A stretch of 64,000 bases of DNA from Nanobdellota archaeon (GTDB lineage: Archaea; Nanobdellota; Nanobdellia; Woesearchaeales; JAHIVG01), in the NCBI GenBank assembly GCA_043806015.1, contig JAZDHH010000007.1, positions 51,698 to 115,697 on the forward strand. The letters are read 5' to 3'. Positions within the stretch are counted from its first letter, which is position 1; each line of letters begins with the position of its first letter. The notes under the pieces were generated by a model that saw only the letters and a program-made list of their open reading frames with translations, had not been told where the DNA came from and searched no databases. Positions 8,931-18,775 of this stretch are shown one piece after another. The translations under genes and the position numbers were made by a program.

Positions 8931-9524
8931 ATGCAACCTGTCGATGAAGAAGAACAGCCGAAAAAAAGCCCGATCTGGTTCATCATCGGCCCTGCGCTCG
9001 CCTTCCTTATTGTCCTGATGATCGTTCCCTTCTCAGGCATCCCTCTCGACCCTGAGCCGAAGAACATCCCCTCCCTCGACCAAGTCCTGCCGGCTTCCAT
9101 CCACACGGTCAACATCACGGCAGCGCGGCAATCCACCACCGACCTTGGCTTGCTGGACTTCTCTGATGACCAGGCCATCAAGCTCGTCGCCGACAGGGTG
9201 GCCTCGGAGAGCTGCCCGCAGGGAGCCATATGCCAGGCTAAAGCCTTGTTTTATTTCGTGCGCGACAGCATCCGCTACGTCCCCGACCCTGCGCGGGAGT
9301 ACATCAAGGCGCCGCAGGAGACGCTCATCAGCCGCGCAGGAGATTGCGATGACATGGCAGTGCTGCTCGTCAACCTCGAGAGGGCGATCGGCCAGGAAGC
9401 CCGCTACGCATCGGCGCCGCAGCACCTCTATCTCGAAGTGCTCATCAAGGAGCGATGGGTGCCTCTCGACCCGACGTGCAAGGAGTGCGATTTCGGGGAG
9501 AAACCCTCTTCGCTGCCCCGGTAA
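8931..9524 (+). CDS. membrane-anchored transglutaminase-like protein
   Basis: N-terminal TM, GDCDD catalytic Cys motif, HLYLEV, WVPLDPT. Confidence 0.85.
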   Translation: MQPVDEEEQPKKSPIWFIIGPALAFLIVLMIVPFSGIPLDPEPKNIPSLDQVLPASIHTVNITAARQSTTDLGLLDFSDDQAIKLVADRVASESCPQGAICQAKALFYFVRDSIRYVPDPAREYIKAPQETLISRAGDCDDMAVLLVNLERAIGQEARYASAPQHLYLEVLIKERWVPLDPTCKECDFGEKPSSLPR

Positions 9525-9597
9525 TGCTCATACCCGGTCTCGCTGTAATTCCGCGATAGTGAAAAGATTTATTAAGAGAAACTTTTTATCAAGAAAA

Positions 9598-10355
9598 ATG
9601 CCTGATGGCCTTGATGCAAGGTTGAAATTGGATGTCCCTCTAATAATCGCAGTGGACGAGCAGGGGCAAGTCCCCAATGAGGCTTTGCTCGCTCTTCCTT
9701 TTTATCAGCGAGATTCTGCTGACCTGATGTTGGCTCTTGCCCGCGGTGCGACGATTAGTCTCATCCGCTACGGAAAAGAGGGTTTTTTGATTATCGGCAA
9801 AGCCACGGTATTTGGGGTATTTCCAGATTACTGGCGACGGATAAAACAGCGAGGGATGACGCTGGTGGGCAGTTGAGAATTTCTCAGCCACAATCATGGG
9901 TTTTTGCGGAAGAGCCTGTCCTCAGCTGGGAGACGTCGGTTGAAGATACGCTCATGGCGATGCTCATTTATCATGGGCGCGCGCATGCACATTCCACGGT
10001 CGGCCAGCTGGATGCGCTCAGGGATCGCATGATACCTGCCCTTGCCGAATCAGATTATGATCCTGCCACGCCGGAAGGTTACAGAAGACGTGTAAAGGGA
10101 ACCAAGAGGGTTCTCTTTGCAGCTGATGTTCCTGAACATATTGCTGAGCAGCTTCGCAGCTCATGGGTCGGCTCTCGCGCGGTTCTCCTGAGTCATGGCA
10201 CAGGATTCACCATGAGCAACGATGCCCTGACGAACGCTATCCTTGGCACTCGCTTCATTAACGCGACAGGAGGCCTTGGAACAGACGCCTACGGCTCTGT
10301 TTCGCCTCTCGGCGAGTATCAAGTCCAACGGTTTCCAGCGGCTGCTGCGAAATAA
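9598..10355 (+). CDS. orphan protein, seen as two overlapping ORFs (9598-9876 and 9873-10355); possibly one frameshifted gene
   Basis: BRE/TATA at ~9561-9575; second ORF has only a TTG start and its frame is open upstream through short A/G runs. Confidence 0.45.
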
Positions 10356-10358
10356 TTT

Positions 10359-12014
10359 TTAGCTTAGTAAGGGAAAGTGATACACTTCTTCCGCGAGCTG
10401 CCTAATCTGGCGGTTGGTGTTGTAGAACGCGATGAGCTTCAGCGACCTTTTTTGCATGGCCGCCAAGTCGTGCGGGTGCCTGCGCAGCTCAAGAGCCTGT
10501 TCCATCTGCTCGTAGAGGCTATTCGCTTCTTCCGCATCGCTCCTCTGCACGAGATCGCCGATAGTGTAGCCGAATGGCTCGCCGGGGAAGCGCTGCAGCG
10601 CCTCGGCCCACCATCCGTCTGCGATGCTGATGTTGAGGCCGCCATTCGCGGCCACTTTCATCCCCGAGGTGCCTGATGCCTCCTGGGGCTTGATGGGTGT
10701 GTTCAGCCAGAAGTCGCTGCCAGAGACCATCATGCGCGCGATCTCCTCGTCATATCCCGTAAGGTAGACCACTCGTCTGTTATTCGAAGTTTTTTGCTTG
10801 AGCCACGCCTCTCTTACAAGCCCCTTGCCGTCTTGGTCCCGGGGGTGTGATTTACCAGATAATACGAATTGCATCCCGCCGTATGTCTCTGCAATCCGCT
10901 CGAGGCGATCAGGATCATGGAAGATGAGGAGAGGCCGCTTATACGTCGCGAAGCGTCTACCCCAGGCGAAGGTGGCGACATCCGGATAGAATTGCGCGTT
11001 CGTGGTGTAGTTGATGTAGCCGATGAGCAGGCGGTTCGCCTTGTCTCTCGCCTGAAGCAATGCCTCATCAGGGATTCGATCGGCATGCTCGAATATCCGG
11101 GGATCCAGCCTCCATCCTTGGAGATAAGCATCATAGAGCTGAGCCAGGGGCTGGACTACCCAGGTGGGAGGATAAATGCCGTTAGGGATGTTGTGGACTT
11201 CGGTGTCCTTGAATACCTCCATCTTCTTACAGGCCTCTGCATGGGTCGATGAAACCGCATTCACATATCTGCTGAAGAAGATGGCCGCTCGGGTGGTGGA
11301 GAAGCTGGTTTTCCCTCCGATATCTTCGATGCCCTGAGGCAACGCTCCGAAGATACGCCTCATGAGGTCAAGGGAAAAGATATCATGGCCTGCAGGGACT
11401 GGGGTGTGTGTGCTGAACACGGTGTTGCCCTTGATCCAGTCGAGGGAAGCGCCCTCCATGTACTCCGCGAGGGGAAAGAATGACCCATGACCCTCGTTCA
11501 GGTGGACGACGATCGGCTCGATGTTTCGTACTCGGAGCATCGCCAATGCCCCTCGCCCAAGGACGTTGCATTGCGCCGCCCGTATTTCGCGCTGGTCGTC
11601 ATCGGCATAGAGGACTGAAGTGATCTCGCGCTGTCTTGGATCATTGCCGTCGACATTCGTATCGAGGAGCATGACCGGAACCTCGCCTTTCTGGCCCCGT
11701 ACGGTATAATCCTCGCAGGCGATGCGCAAGGGCCTTCCTTCGTGGAAGATGGTCGCTTGGACTGGAGATCTTGGCAGGACCCTCTCCGGCACCCAAAGGA
11801 CGGGTTCATCCTGTTGATAGCCTCGCGAATCTATGCGTTGACGGGAATAGCCCTTGTTGCTCGCGAGAATGATGCCTCGCATGGGGACTCCTAGGTCCGC
11901 AGCAGAGCTGAAAAGATCGCCGAGAAGCATCTCGAGGCCGCCGCTCGAGGTGGGGAGATAGCGCTCAAGGCGCGCTCCCATCCCCAGCACAATGACCTCT
12001 GGCTGCCCCTTCAT
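10359..12014 (-). CDS. glgP: alpha-glucan (glycogen/maltodextrin) phosphorylase
   Basis: SGGLEML, HLNEGH, FSTHTPVPAGHD, RRFATYKR, EASGTSGMK PLP motif. Confidence 0.93.
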   Translation of the reverse strand: MKGQPEVIVLGMGARLERYLPTSSGGLEMLLGDLFSSAADLGVPMRGIILASNKGYSRQRIDSRGYQQDEPVLWVPERVLPRSPVQATIFHEGRPLRIACEDYTVRGQKGEVPVMLLDTNVDGNDPRQREITSVLYADDDQREIRAAQCNVLGRGALAMLRVRNIEPIVVHLNEGHGSFFPLAEYMEGASLDWIKGNTVFSTHTPVPAGHDIFSLDLMRRIFGALPQGIEDIGGKTSFSTTRAAIFFSRYVNAVSSTHAEACKKMEVFKDTEVHNIPNGIYPPTWVVQPLAQLYDAYLQGWRLDPRIFEHADRIPDEALLQARDKANRLLIGYINYTTNAQFYPDVATFAWGRRFATYKRPLLIFHDPDRLERIAETYGGMQFVLSGKSHPRDQDGKGLVREAWLKQKTSNNRRVVYLTGYDEEIARMMVSGSDFWLNTPIKPQEASGTSGMKVAANGGLNISIADGWWAEALQRFPGEPFGYTIGDLVQRSDAEEANSLYEQMEQALELRRHPHDLAAMQKRSLKLIAFYNTNRQIRQLAEEVYHFPLLS

Positions 12015-12183
12015 GGTGCCTTGGCCTGATCGCTTCTATTAAAACGTTATGATTTGTCACTATTCGCGAGGCATACAACATCAGCGGGAAACGGGGAAAA
12101 ACAGCAACCTTTAAAAAGAGACCCCCACCTCCCCGTCCCTGATCCCTGAGACTACTAGCAGCGAAGTAGGAGGGTAGCGGGTC

Positions 12184-12831
12184 ATGGAAAAAAACAAGAT
12201 CTTAGAAGCCCTGAAAGAGCTTTCTGCGCAGAAGCGCAATTTCAAGCAGAGCGTTGACCTGGTCATTAACCTCCAGAACGTTGACACCAAGAAGATGGAG
12301 GGCTTGCTCGAGTTCTTCGTCCCGGTGCCCCATCCGAGAGGCAAGAAGATCACGGTCTGCGCCCTTGTCGGCTCCGAGCTCATCGACCAGGCCAAGAAAG
12401 AGTGCAACGCAGCCGTCGTGGTGGATGATTTCGAGCGCTACATGAAAGACAAGAAGCTCATCAAGAAGCTCGCCGGAGAGAACAATTACTTCATCGCGCA
12501 GGCGACCATCATGCCCAAGGTCGCATCCTCTTTCGGCCGTGTCCTCGGCCCGAAAGGCAAGATGCCCAACCCCAAGGCAGGCTGCGTCGTTCCCCCGAAC
12601 GCCAACCTCAAGCAGGTGGTCGAGAGGCTCCAGACCATGATCCGGCTCAACGCCAAGAAGGAGCCGATCTTCAGCTGCAGTGTCGGCAATGAGGGGATGG
12701 ACCCGGAACAGATCGCCGACAATGTCATGGCGGTCTACAACCAGACCGTGCACCACCTGCCGAACGAGGTCCATAACATCAAATCAGTCTTTCTGAAGCT
12801 CACGATGAGCAAGCCCGTGAAGGTCGATTGA
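12184..12831 (+). CDS. rpl1: 50S ribosomal protein L1
   Basis: KRNFKQSVDLVINL, LGPKGKMP, KLTMSKP. Confidence 0.97.
   Translation: MEKNKILEALKELSAQKRNFKQSVDLVINLQNVDTKKMEGLLEFFVPVPHPRGKKITVCALVGSELIDQAKKECNAAVVVDDFERYMKDKKLIKKLAGENNYFIAQATIMPKVASSFGRVLGPKGKMPNPKAGCVVPPNANLKQVVERLQTMIRLNAKKEPIFSCSVGNEGMDPEQIADNVMAVYNQTVHHLPNEVHNIKSVFLKLTMSKPVKVD
12212..12244 (+). promoter_or_regulatory. putative L1 autoregulatory mRNA site inside rpl1
   Basis: UGAAA/UUUCA stem, GAG opposite CGCAA internal loop, CUUUCU-GCGC-AGAAG upper hairpin; same position as the Methanococcus L1 operator. Confidence 0.4.
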
Positions 12832-12832
12832 A

Positions 12833-13690
12833 ATGGCACACGTCGCACCCATCAAGAAAGAGACGGTCGCCAAGTTCGCCAAGCTGCTCGTCGACTATCC
12901 AATCGTCGGCATGGTCAACCTGGAGAACCTGCCCGCCAAGCAGCTGCAGACCATCCGCGGCTCCGCCCGGAATAAGATGTTGCTTTGCATGACCAAGCGC
13001 CGCCTCATGAAGCTCGCCTTCAAGGAGGCGGAAGCGAAGAGACCCGGCATCTCCAAGCTGCTCGACCATTCCCAGGGCATGCCCGCCCTGATGTTCAGCT
13101 GCGAGAACCCCTTCTCGCTCTACAAGTTCCTGCAGAAGAACAAGAGCCCCGCCCCGGCGAAGGCCGGCATGACCTCGCCGAGGGACATCGTCATCCCGGC
13201 AGGTCCTACGTCGTTCGCGCCCGGCCCGATCATCGGCGAGCTCGGCCAGCTCAGGATCAAGGCCGGCGTCGAGGGCAACAAGGTCGTCATCAAGGTGGAC
13301 GCCACGATCGTCGAGGCGGGAGAGAAGATCAGCCAGAAGGTGGCGGACCTGCTCGTGCGCTTCGGCATCATGCCTATGGAAGTCGGCCTTGACCTCGTCG
13401 CCGTCTATGAGAAGGGCGAGATCCTGGGCAAGGACTTACTCGGCGTTGACGAGGCCAAGTACATCGCGGACATCGGCAAGGCCGCGGCGTGGGCCATGAG
13501 CCTCGCCGTCGAGGCTGGTTACGCCAGCAAGGACACCGTCGAGGTCCTGCTGGGCAAGGCGCATCAGGACGCGAAGGCCGTCGGCATCGAGGCAGGCTTC
13601 CTCGAGAAGGACCTCGTCGGCGACATCTTCGGCAAGGCCGAGGCGACCGTCACGGCTTTGGCGAAAGACCTGAAGCTCACGATACAATAA
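12833..13690 (+). CDS. rpl10: 50S ribosomal protein L10 (P0)
   Basis: ENPFSLYK, PAPAKAG, IPAGPTSFAPGPIIGEL; position in L1-L10-L12 operon. Confidence 0.96.
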   Translation: MAHVAPIKKETVAKFAKLLVDYPIVGMVNLENLPAKQLQTIRGSARNKMLLCMTKRRLMKLAFKEAEAKRPGISKLLDHSQGMPALMFSCENPFSLYKFLQKNKSPAPAKAGMTSPRDIVIPAGPTSFAPGPIIGELGQLRIKAGVEGNKVVIKVDATIVEAGEKISQKVADLLVRFGIMPMEVGLDLVAVYEKGEILGKDLLGVDEAKYIADIGKAAAWAMSLAVEAGYASKDTVEVLLGKAHQDAKAVGIEAGFLEKDLVGDIFGKAEATVTALAKDLKLTIQ

Positions 13691-13705
13691 TGGAGGAACG
13701 AGAAA

Positions 13706-14008
13706 ATGGAATACATCTATGCGGCAATGCTCTTGCACAAGGCTGGACACCAGGTCACCGAGGACACCGTGAAGAAGGTCCTCGAGGCTGCCGGCGCGAA
13801 GCCGGACCAAGCTAGGATCAGGGCCTTGGTGGCAGCGCTGGATGGCGTCAACATCGAAGAGGCCATCAAGAAGGCAGCCGTCGCGGCGCCTGTTGCGGCC
13901 GTCGCGGCTCCCGCGGCCGAGAAGAAGGAAGACAAGAAAAAGGCCGTCGAAGAGGAGAAGAAGAGCGAGGAAGCCGCAGCCGCTGGACTGGGCGCCCTGT
14001 TCGGTTAG
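13706..14008 (+). CDS. rpl12: 50S ribosomal protein L12 (P1/P2)
   Basis: [11 protein letters not shown]; Ala-rich hinge; [10 protein letters not shown] end. Confidence 0.97.
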   Translation: MEYIYAAMLLHKAGHQVTEDTVKKVLEAAGAKPDQARIRALVAALDGVNIEEAIKKAAVAAPVAAVAAPAAEKKEDKKKAVEEEKKSEEAAAAGLGALFG

Positions 14009-14017
14009 TGAGACTCA

Positions 14018-15004
14018 ATGCTGACCCCTGAACAAAAGGACGAGACCCATAAGGAGATAACGCAGCTCCGCGAAGAGATCGGCGAGCTAAAGGACAAGCT
14101 CGACGTCATCAACAAGGAGAAGGAGCACTGGTTCCTGAAGAAAGAGGAGATCAGCGTCCAGATCAGGGACAAGATCACGTCCATCAAGGCCGCGAAGACG
14201 CAGCGCAACACGCTGACCAAGAAGGTTTCTGATGTCAAGGACCTCCGCAAGCTGCTGAACGACCAGATCCGCGACAAGATCGAGGGGATCAAGAAGCTGA
14301 ACACGGAGAAGGACGAGGTCCAGAAGAAGTTCAACATCACCAAGGATCCGGTGATGATCCAGCGCGACATCGACCGCCTCGAGTTCCGCATCGAGACGGA
14401 AGCGCTCTCCTTCGAGCGCGAGCAGGATTCCATGAAGAAGATCAAGGAGCTCAAGTCTCAGCTCAAGGAGTCGAAGGCCGTGAGCGGCGTCTGGGACCGC
14501 GTGCACAGCCTCTCCAAGGAGATCGACGACCTCAAGCGCAAGGCCACGGACGAGCACCGCAAGATCCAAAACCTGGCAAAGGAGAGCCAGGTGCAGCACG
14601 AGATCATGCTGGAGCTGAGCAAGGACATCGATGACATCAAGGCCAAGGAAGAGGAGTATTACAAGAAGTTCTTCGACCTCAAGCAGCAGTTCGTGGAGCT
14701 GAACAACCAGCTGAAGGAGAAGATGGCCAAGCAGAAGGACCTGCACAACAGGCTGGACGCCGACCGCGCCGAGGACAAGGAGAAGCGCCTCGTCGAGGAG
14801 GAGAAGACGCTCGAGCAGAAGAACATCGAGGTCGAGGAGAAGATAAAAAAGGGCAAGAAGCTCACCACTGAAGACTTGCTCATCTTCCAGGTCACCGAGG
14901 CGAAGCAGATGGAGAAGGAGAAGTATGAGCGCAAGGGCCGCCGCAAGCACGACGACGAGGATCGCGGCAAAGAGAAGAAGGAAGACGGGAAGAAGGCAGC
15001 GTAG
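14018..15004 (+). CDS. archaeal long coiled-coil protein (COG1340-like)
   Basis: IDRLEFRIETEALSFERE and KKGKKLTTEDLL motifs in a heptad-rich protein. Confidence 0.75.
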   Translation: MLTPEQKDETHKEITQLREEIGELKDKLDVINKEKEHWFLKKEEISVQIRDKITSIKAAKTQRNTLTKKVSDVKDLRKLLNDQIRDKIEGIKKLNTEKDEVQKKFNITKDPVMIQRDIDRLEFRIETEALSFEREQDSMKKIKELKSQLKESKAVSGVWDRVHSLSKEIDDLKRKATDEHRKIQNLAKESQVQHEIMLELSKDIDDIKAKEEEYYKKFFDLKQQFVELNNQLKEKMAKQKDLHNRLDADRAEDKEKRLVEEEKTLEQKNIEVEEKIKKGKKLTTEDLLIFQVTEAKQMEKEKYERKGRRKHDDEDRGKEKKEDGKKAA

Positions 15005-15052
15005 ATTCCTCGGTTTTTCTTAAATTATTGAAAAAAGGAGAATGGGATTTGA

Positions 15053-15250
15053 TTATTTCTTCACGAACTCTGTATAGCGGCACTTGCCGCAGGTGAGGCG
15101 GTTGCCGTGCTTCGCCAGGAACACGCCGGAGCCGCACTTGGGGCAGAAGGGGTTCTTCCGTGTCAGGCCTTCGCCGGACTTGGTGTACAGCTTCCAGATC
15201 TTCAGGCCGCCTTTCTTCTTCTCCTGCTTCTTTTCAGCTTTTTCTGCCAT
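15053..15250 (-). CDS. rps27ae: 30S ribosomal protein S27ae
   Basis: [14 protein letters not shown]...TCGKCRYTE zinc ribbon. Confidence 0.95.
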   Translation of the reverse strand: MAEKAEKKQEKKKGGLKIWKLYTKSGEGLTRKNPFCPKCGSGVFLAKHGNRLTCGKCRYTEFVKK

Positions 15251-15251
15251 A

Positions 15252-15593
15252 TCATGCACCCTTCTTCGCTTCTTCTTTCGCGGCCGGAGCGGCATCGGGC
15301 GCGCCCTTCTTCTTGCGGTCCGCGCTGTCTCGGTTGACGAGGTATTTCGGCTCATTCCGCTTGAGCGAGGTGAGATCGGAGTAGACGTGCGCGTTCACGG
15401 ACGCCTGCTGGAAGCCGAAGGCAGTGTCGATGGCCGTCACGATGACCTGCTCCGGCGGCACTTTAAGATGCTCTGCCAGCCCCTTCTTGACGTCAAGGTG
15501 CGAGGGCGTCTGCTTCTCGAAGCTCATCGATGCGACCACATCCTTGCGGTGCAGCAAGGGATTCTCCTTCGTGCTGGTTATCGTAAGATGCAT
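15252..15593 (-). CDS. rps24e: 30S ribosomal protein S24e
   Basis: [27 protein letters not shown]. Confidence 0.92.
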   Translation of the reverse strand: MHLTITSTKENPLLHRKDVVASMSFEKQTPSHLDVKKGLAEHLKVPPEQVIVTAIDTAFGFQQASVNAHVYSDLTSLKRNEPKYLVNRDSADRKKKGAPDAAPAAKEEAKKGA

Positions 15594-15598
15594 AGGGA

Positions 15599-15784
15599 TC
15601 ACCTGACCTTGATGGCGTATTCGCCTTTGACCTTGATGCCGATGCGCTTGGAGATCTCAGACTTGTCCGGGTCCAGGATGAAGAGCCTGCCGTCCCAGCT
15701 GGTGGTGGATTGGTTGCTCTTGCAGGAGGGGCATTCATTGCCCTCGTAGAAAAGCTTGCACCGCTTGCAGACCTTTTTCTTCAT
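15599..15784 (-). CDS. spt4: transcription elongation factor Spt4 (RpoE'')
   Basis: CKRC...CPSC, WDG, SEISKRIGI, GEYAIKVR. Confidence 0.95.
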   Translation of the reverse strand: MKKKVCKRCKLFYEGNECPSCKSNQSTTSWDGRLFILDPDKSEISKRIGIKVKGEYAIKVR

Positions 15785-16326
15785 TTTTTCTCTGCCTCCA
15801 GCCAGTCCAGCCTGCCGAGGCCCTGCTGGCGCATGGTGAGGCCGAACTTGGGGTTGTTGATCTCCTTGAAGCTGATCGCGATGATGCGCGCCCTGCAGAG
15901 GTCGTTGACGCGAAGGACTCGCTTGGTCTCCTTCCCGGTGAGGGTCTTCTCCTTGGAGAACGAGACGAAATCGTCCATGGTCTGCGAGACGTGTATCATG
16001 CCCTCGATGGGGCCGAGGCCCATGAAGGCGCCGAAGTCGGTGATGTCCCGGATCTTGCCGAGGACAACTTCCTGCAGCTCCGGCTTGAAGGTGAGCAGCT
16101 CGAAGACGGTCTCATAGTAGGGAGCGCCGTCGCCGGGGATGATGATGCCTTCCTTGACGTCCTTGACCTTCGCGACGCCGACCACGATGCCCATGTCCTT
16201 GGAGATGAAGCCCTCGTACTCGTGCTTGATGCGCACGAGGATGGCCTCCTCCACCGGGAGGTTGAACAGGTTGGGAGGCACGCGGATGTGGTCTTTGACT
16301 TCGACTCGGTAAAACACTTTACTCAC
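15781..16326 (-). CDS. rpoE: RNA polymerase subunit E' (Rpo7)
   Basis: IRVPP, IIPGDGA, FGAFMGLGPIEGMIHVSQ, GLTMRQQGLG. Confidence 0.96.
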   Translation of the reverse strand: MSKVFYRVEVKDHIRVPPNLFNLPVEEAILVRIKHEYEGFISKDMGIVVGVAKVKDVKEGIIIPGDGAPYYETVFELLTFKPELQEVVLGKIRDITDFGAFMGLGPIEGMIHVSQTMDDFVSFSKEKTLTGKETKRVLRVNDLCRARIIAISFKEINNPKFGLTMRQQGLGRLDWLEAEKK

Positions 16327-16705
16327 CCATCAGCTTGAAGTATTTTTTCTGCCGCAGCACCAGGTAGCGGCTAAGCCTTCTCTGCAGGGCCCTGTCCTGG
16401 GTCGCCACGAGATACCCCTTCTTGGCGTACTCCTCGAGAAGGGCATCTACGGAAGGGGATTTGGCGCCCTTTTTAACCTTTTCTGTTTTTAAAGGGGAGA
16501 CCATGCCCTTCTCGATGAGGAGCAGGCCGAGCTTTGCTGCCTGCCGGTGCTTGCCGCACTGCGTTGCGACAATGTTTTGCAGCTCGTCGATGGTACGGTC
16601 AAGGCAGCAGAGCCGACCCGGAGCCGCCGCTTGGAGCTGCGTGACGATGTCCACGCCGACGCTCCCGGGCATGAGCAGCACGTTGGTGTCGAGGAGGATG
16701 TCCAT
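16319..16705 (-). CDS. PIN-domain protein (Fcf1/Utp24-like)
   Basis: LLDTNVL, VATQDRAL, LRQKK; conserved position upstream of rpoE'. Confidence 0.85.
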   Translation of the reverse strand: MDILLDTNVLLMPGSVGVDIVTQLQAAAPGRLCCLDRTIDELQNIVATQCGKHRQAAKLGLLLIEKGMVSPLKTEKVKKGAKSPSVDALLEEYAKKGYLVATQDRALQRRLSRYLVLRQKKYFKLMGE

Positions 16706-16744
16706 GACACAGGAAAAGAGGTCAAGGTTTAAAAAACGTTTCTT

Positions 16745-17137
16745 TCACCGATGAGGGGGCGTGATTTCGATGACCGTGAGTTCGTAGGGCACGTTGTTTC
16801 CTTTTTTACCGGTCACTTCAGCAAAAACAGTGAGTGGAGTCTCTGATTCTTGTGCCACGTCTATCAACCCCTGTATCCGCTGAAGTTCTGACTGAGAAAC
16901 TGCATTTCCTACACAGGATATTCCGTGACCCGAGCGATCCGCGAGGAAAAAGGAGTATGACTGCTTCCCCTGGAGACGCGGTCCAGACCGGTATCCGGTT
17001 GGGACGCCTTGAGTTTGGACATACTTTTTTGTGTGCTCCAAGGCTGCTCCGATTACCTCCTCAAGTGGGAGATGCCAGACCGTGATTTCCCTCTCAGGTG
17101 GAGACGCTACAGGTCTTAAAAGGGATAAGAGGTTCAT
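16745..17137 (-). CDS. hypothetical protein (possible OB-fold)
   Basis: ATG 17137 with TTTATT TATA-like box ~25 bp upstream; beta-rich; lower GC. Confidence 0.5.
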   Translation of the reverse strand: MNLLSLLRPVASPPEREITVWHLPLEEVIGAALEHTKKYVQTQGVPTGYRSGPRLQGKQSYSFFLADRSGHGISCVGNAVSQSELQRIQGLIDVAQESETPLTVFAEVTGKKGNNVPYELTVIEITPPHR

Positions 17138-17233
17138 GGGGAAAAGGATATGGGACCACAATAAATACTTTTCCCTTCTCTGATAGGGGGAATTGGGAAA
17201 AAATTGAAAAAACGGCTCCCCTTTCCGGAATGA

Positions 17234-17635
17234 ATGGCAACCGTCATGACCGTTGAAGGGATGGACGGGCTGAGAGAATACTATATCGAATGTGAGCAAC
17301 GGATGGCTGCCGGCCTTCCGACACCGAGCCTGGCCTTTGATCCCTCACCATATGATCCGGGCATTTCCACTGCGATCGAGGAAGGCGGCAGGATCGCCAT
17401 TGCAGGCGCGTTGGTGGGTATTGTCGCGAGCTGCATCGATTTCCAGATTCCGAATGATGTTGATCAACCCTTTCCTGCACATTCTATGCGGGATGCCGCG
17501 GCGATTGGGACAGCGGCAGTCATGAGCCTTCTATATCAGTCCGAGCCGATGTCTCGGCGGCTGAAGGCCGCGTTCATCGCGGGAGGTTCCACTCTCGCGT
17601 CAGGGGCTAGCATGGACCGCCTCCTTAACCTGTAA
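17234..17635 (+). CDS. hypothetical membrane protein
   Basis: 133 aa with hydrophobic Ala/Gly-rich segments. Confidence 0.55.
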   Translation: MATVMTVEGMDGLREYYIECEQRMAAGLPTPSLAFDPSPYDPGISTAIEEGGRIAIAGALVGIVASCIDFQIPNDVDQPFPAHSMRDAAAIGTAAVMSLLYQSEPMSRRLKAAFIAGGSTLASGASMDRLLNL

Positions 17636-17705
17636 GGGTTTAGTCCATCTTCATCTCACCCATTCAAGGATTGGAGCTTCTGGAAAGATATTTTCTCTAA
17701 AAAAC

Positions 17706-18148
17706 ATGATAACGAGTAAGGGGTTCTGGCTGATTTATCAGGATATCAACGCTTTGCGGTCACCTGCCTCGAGAAGGGTGTTCGTCCTCCTGAAGGATTC
17801 ATTGTGCAGGATCCGCTGTGGGATCGCCGGGAAGGCCGATCGGAGAGCGGAGGCAGTTATATGATGACCTTGGCGGTGGCAGGACTTGGCGCCTGGCTTG
17901 GCGCGATTACTGCCATTTCGGATCAGGTCCTCGCCTCAAGTGATGCCAACGCAGCCTTTGAGGGATACCATCAGCTTCAAAATGTAATACAGGGTGTATG
18001 CTGCGGCCTCCTCGCAATTATCGCTGTGATATCAACGCCTAAAACCAGGAATAAATGGGAAAGCATACTGGCAAGATACAGCACTTACCTGGTCGCGCAT
18101 GAAGTTACTCCGCAAGTAATTAAGAATCTCCTGCAAGCCCGGCGTTAG
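17706..18148 (+). CDS. hypothetical membrane protein, likely paralog of 17234-17635, apparently frameshifted near its start
   Basis: ATG 17706 joins the 17804 frame if the G4 run at ~17720 gains one G; two TM segments. Confidence 0.45.
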
Positions 18149-18163
18149 TGAAGAAACGCTTTG

Positions 18164-18199
18164 ATCATCACCGCATCCCCGACAGGGTCAGGGCTCTCG
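18164..18199. repeat. 36-bp direct repeat, copy 1 (displaced 3' end of the endonuclease IV gene)
   Basis: ATCATCACCGCATCCCCGACAGGGTCAGGGCTCTCG, 35/36 identical to 18798-18833. Confidence 0.95.
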
Positions 18200-18248
18200 G
18201 CGACAGTTTCGAGGGTCCTGCCGTTTGGCGATAGGTATCGAAAGTTTG

Positions 18249-18276
18249 ATATACTATAACGAATTATAATATACTA
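18249..18276 (+). promoter_or_regulatory. putative toxin-antitoxin operator/promoter
   Basis: TATAA-CGAA-TTATA inverted repeat (18255-18268) and ATATACTA direct repeat just upstream of the antitoxin ATG. Confidence 0.45.
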
Positions 18277-18497
18277 TGGCAACAACCATCCAAGTGAGCG
18301 ATGACCTGCAAAGCACCTTGAACAAGCTGAAGCTCTTTTCAAGGGAGACCTATGAAGAGGTCATTTGGAACTTGATCGAGGATCGGAGAGAGCTTTCTGA
18401 TGAGACGATGAAGGAGATTGCCGAGGCCCGCAAGGAGGTTGCAGGAGGCGAGTTCGTCACTCTGGCTGACCTGAAGAAGAAGTTTGGGGTCAAGTGA
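18276..18497 (+). CDS. ribbon-helix-helix antitoxin
   Basis: MATTIQVS...ETYEEVIWNLIE RHH pattern; acidic C-terminus; overlaps the toxin start. Confidence 0.85.
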   Translation: MATTIQVSDDLQSTLNKLKLFSRETYEEVIWNLIEDRRELSDETMKEIAEARKEVAGGEFVTLADLKKKFGVK

Positions 18498-18748
18498 TGT
18501 ATGAGGTCATTTTCTCGAAAAAAGCTGAGAAATTCCTTGATAAATTGCCGCAGGTTGACCGGGAGCGGATTCTTTTGGCCGCGGAAAAGCTACGGATACG
18601 CCCGGAAACATTCATTACCCGGATGGTGGGCGAGAAGGTCTACAAGTTCAGGGTTGGAGATTATCGGCTGCTCGTTGATCTGGATAAAGGCAATTTGATT
18701 GTCCTGGTTATCACTATTGGGCACAGGCGGAATGTCTACAAGGATTGA
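18494..18748 (+). CDS. relE: RelE/ParE-family toxin
   Basis: YEVIFSKKAEKFLDKL...YKFRVGDYRLL...IGHRRNVYK. Confidence 0.92.
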   Translation: MMYEVIFSKKAEKFLDKLPQVDRERILLAAEKLRIRPETFITRMVGEKVYKFRVGDYRLLVDLDKGNLIVLVITIGHRRNVYKD

Positions 18749-18775
18749 ATGCGGAGTTGAACTTCGGATAGATTT

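Noticed and set aside
9840..9876. Overlap of two orphan ORFs as a recoding site
   Set aside because: Explained equally well by one missing base in an A4 or G3 run, like the G4 run at ~17720
14006..15004. Genome-wide TAG reassignment
   Set aside because: TAG ends clearly complete genes such as rpl12 and sepF, so the standard code applies
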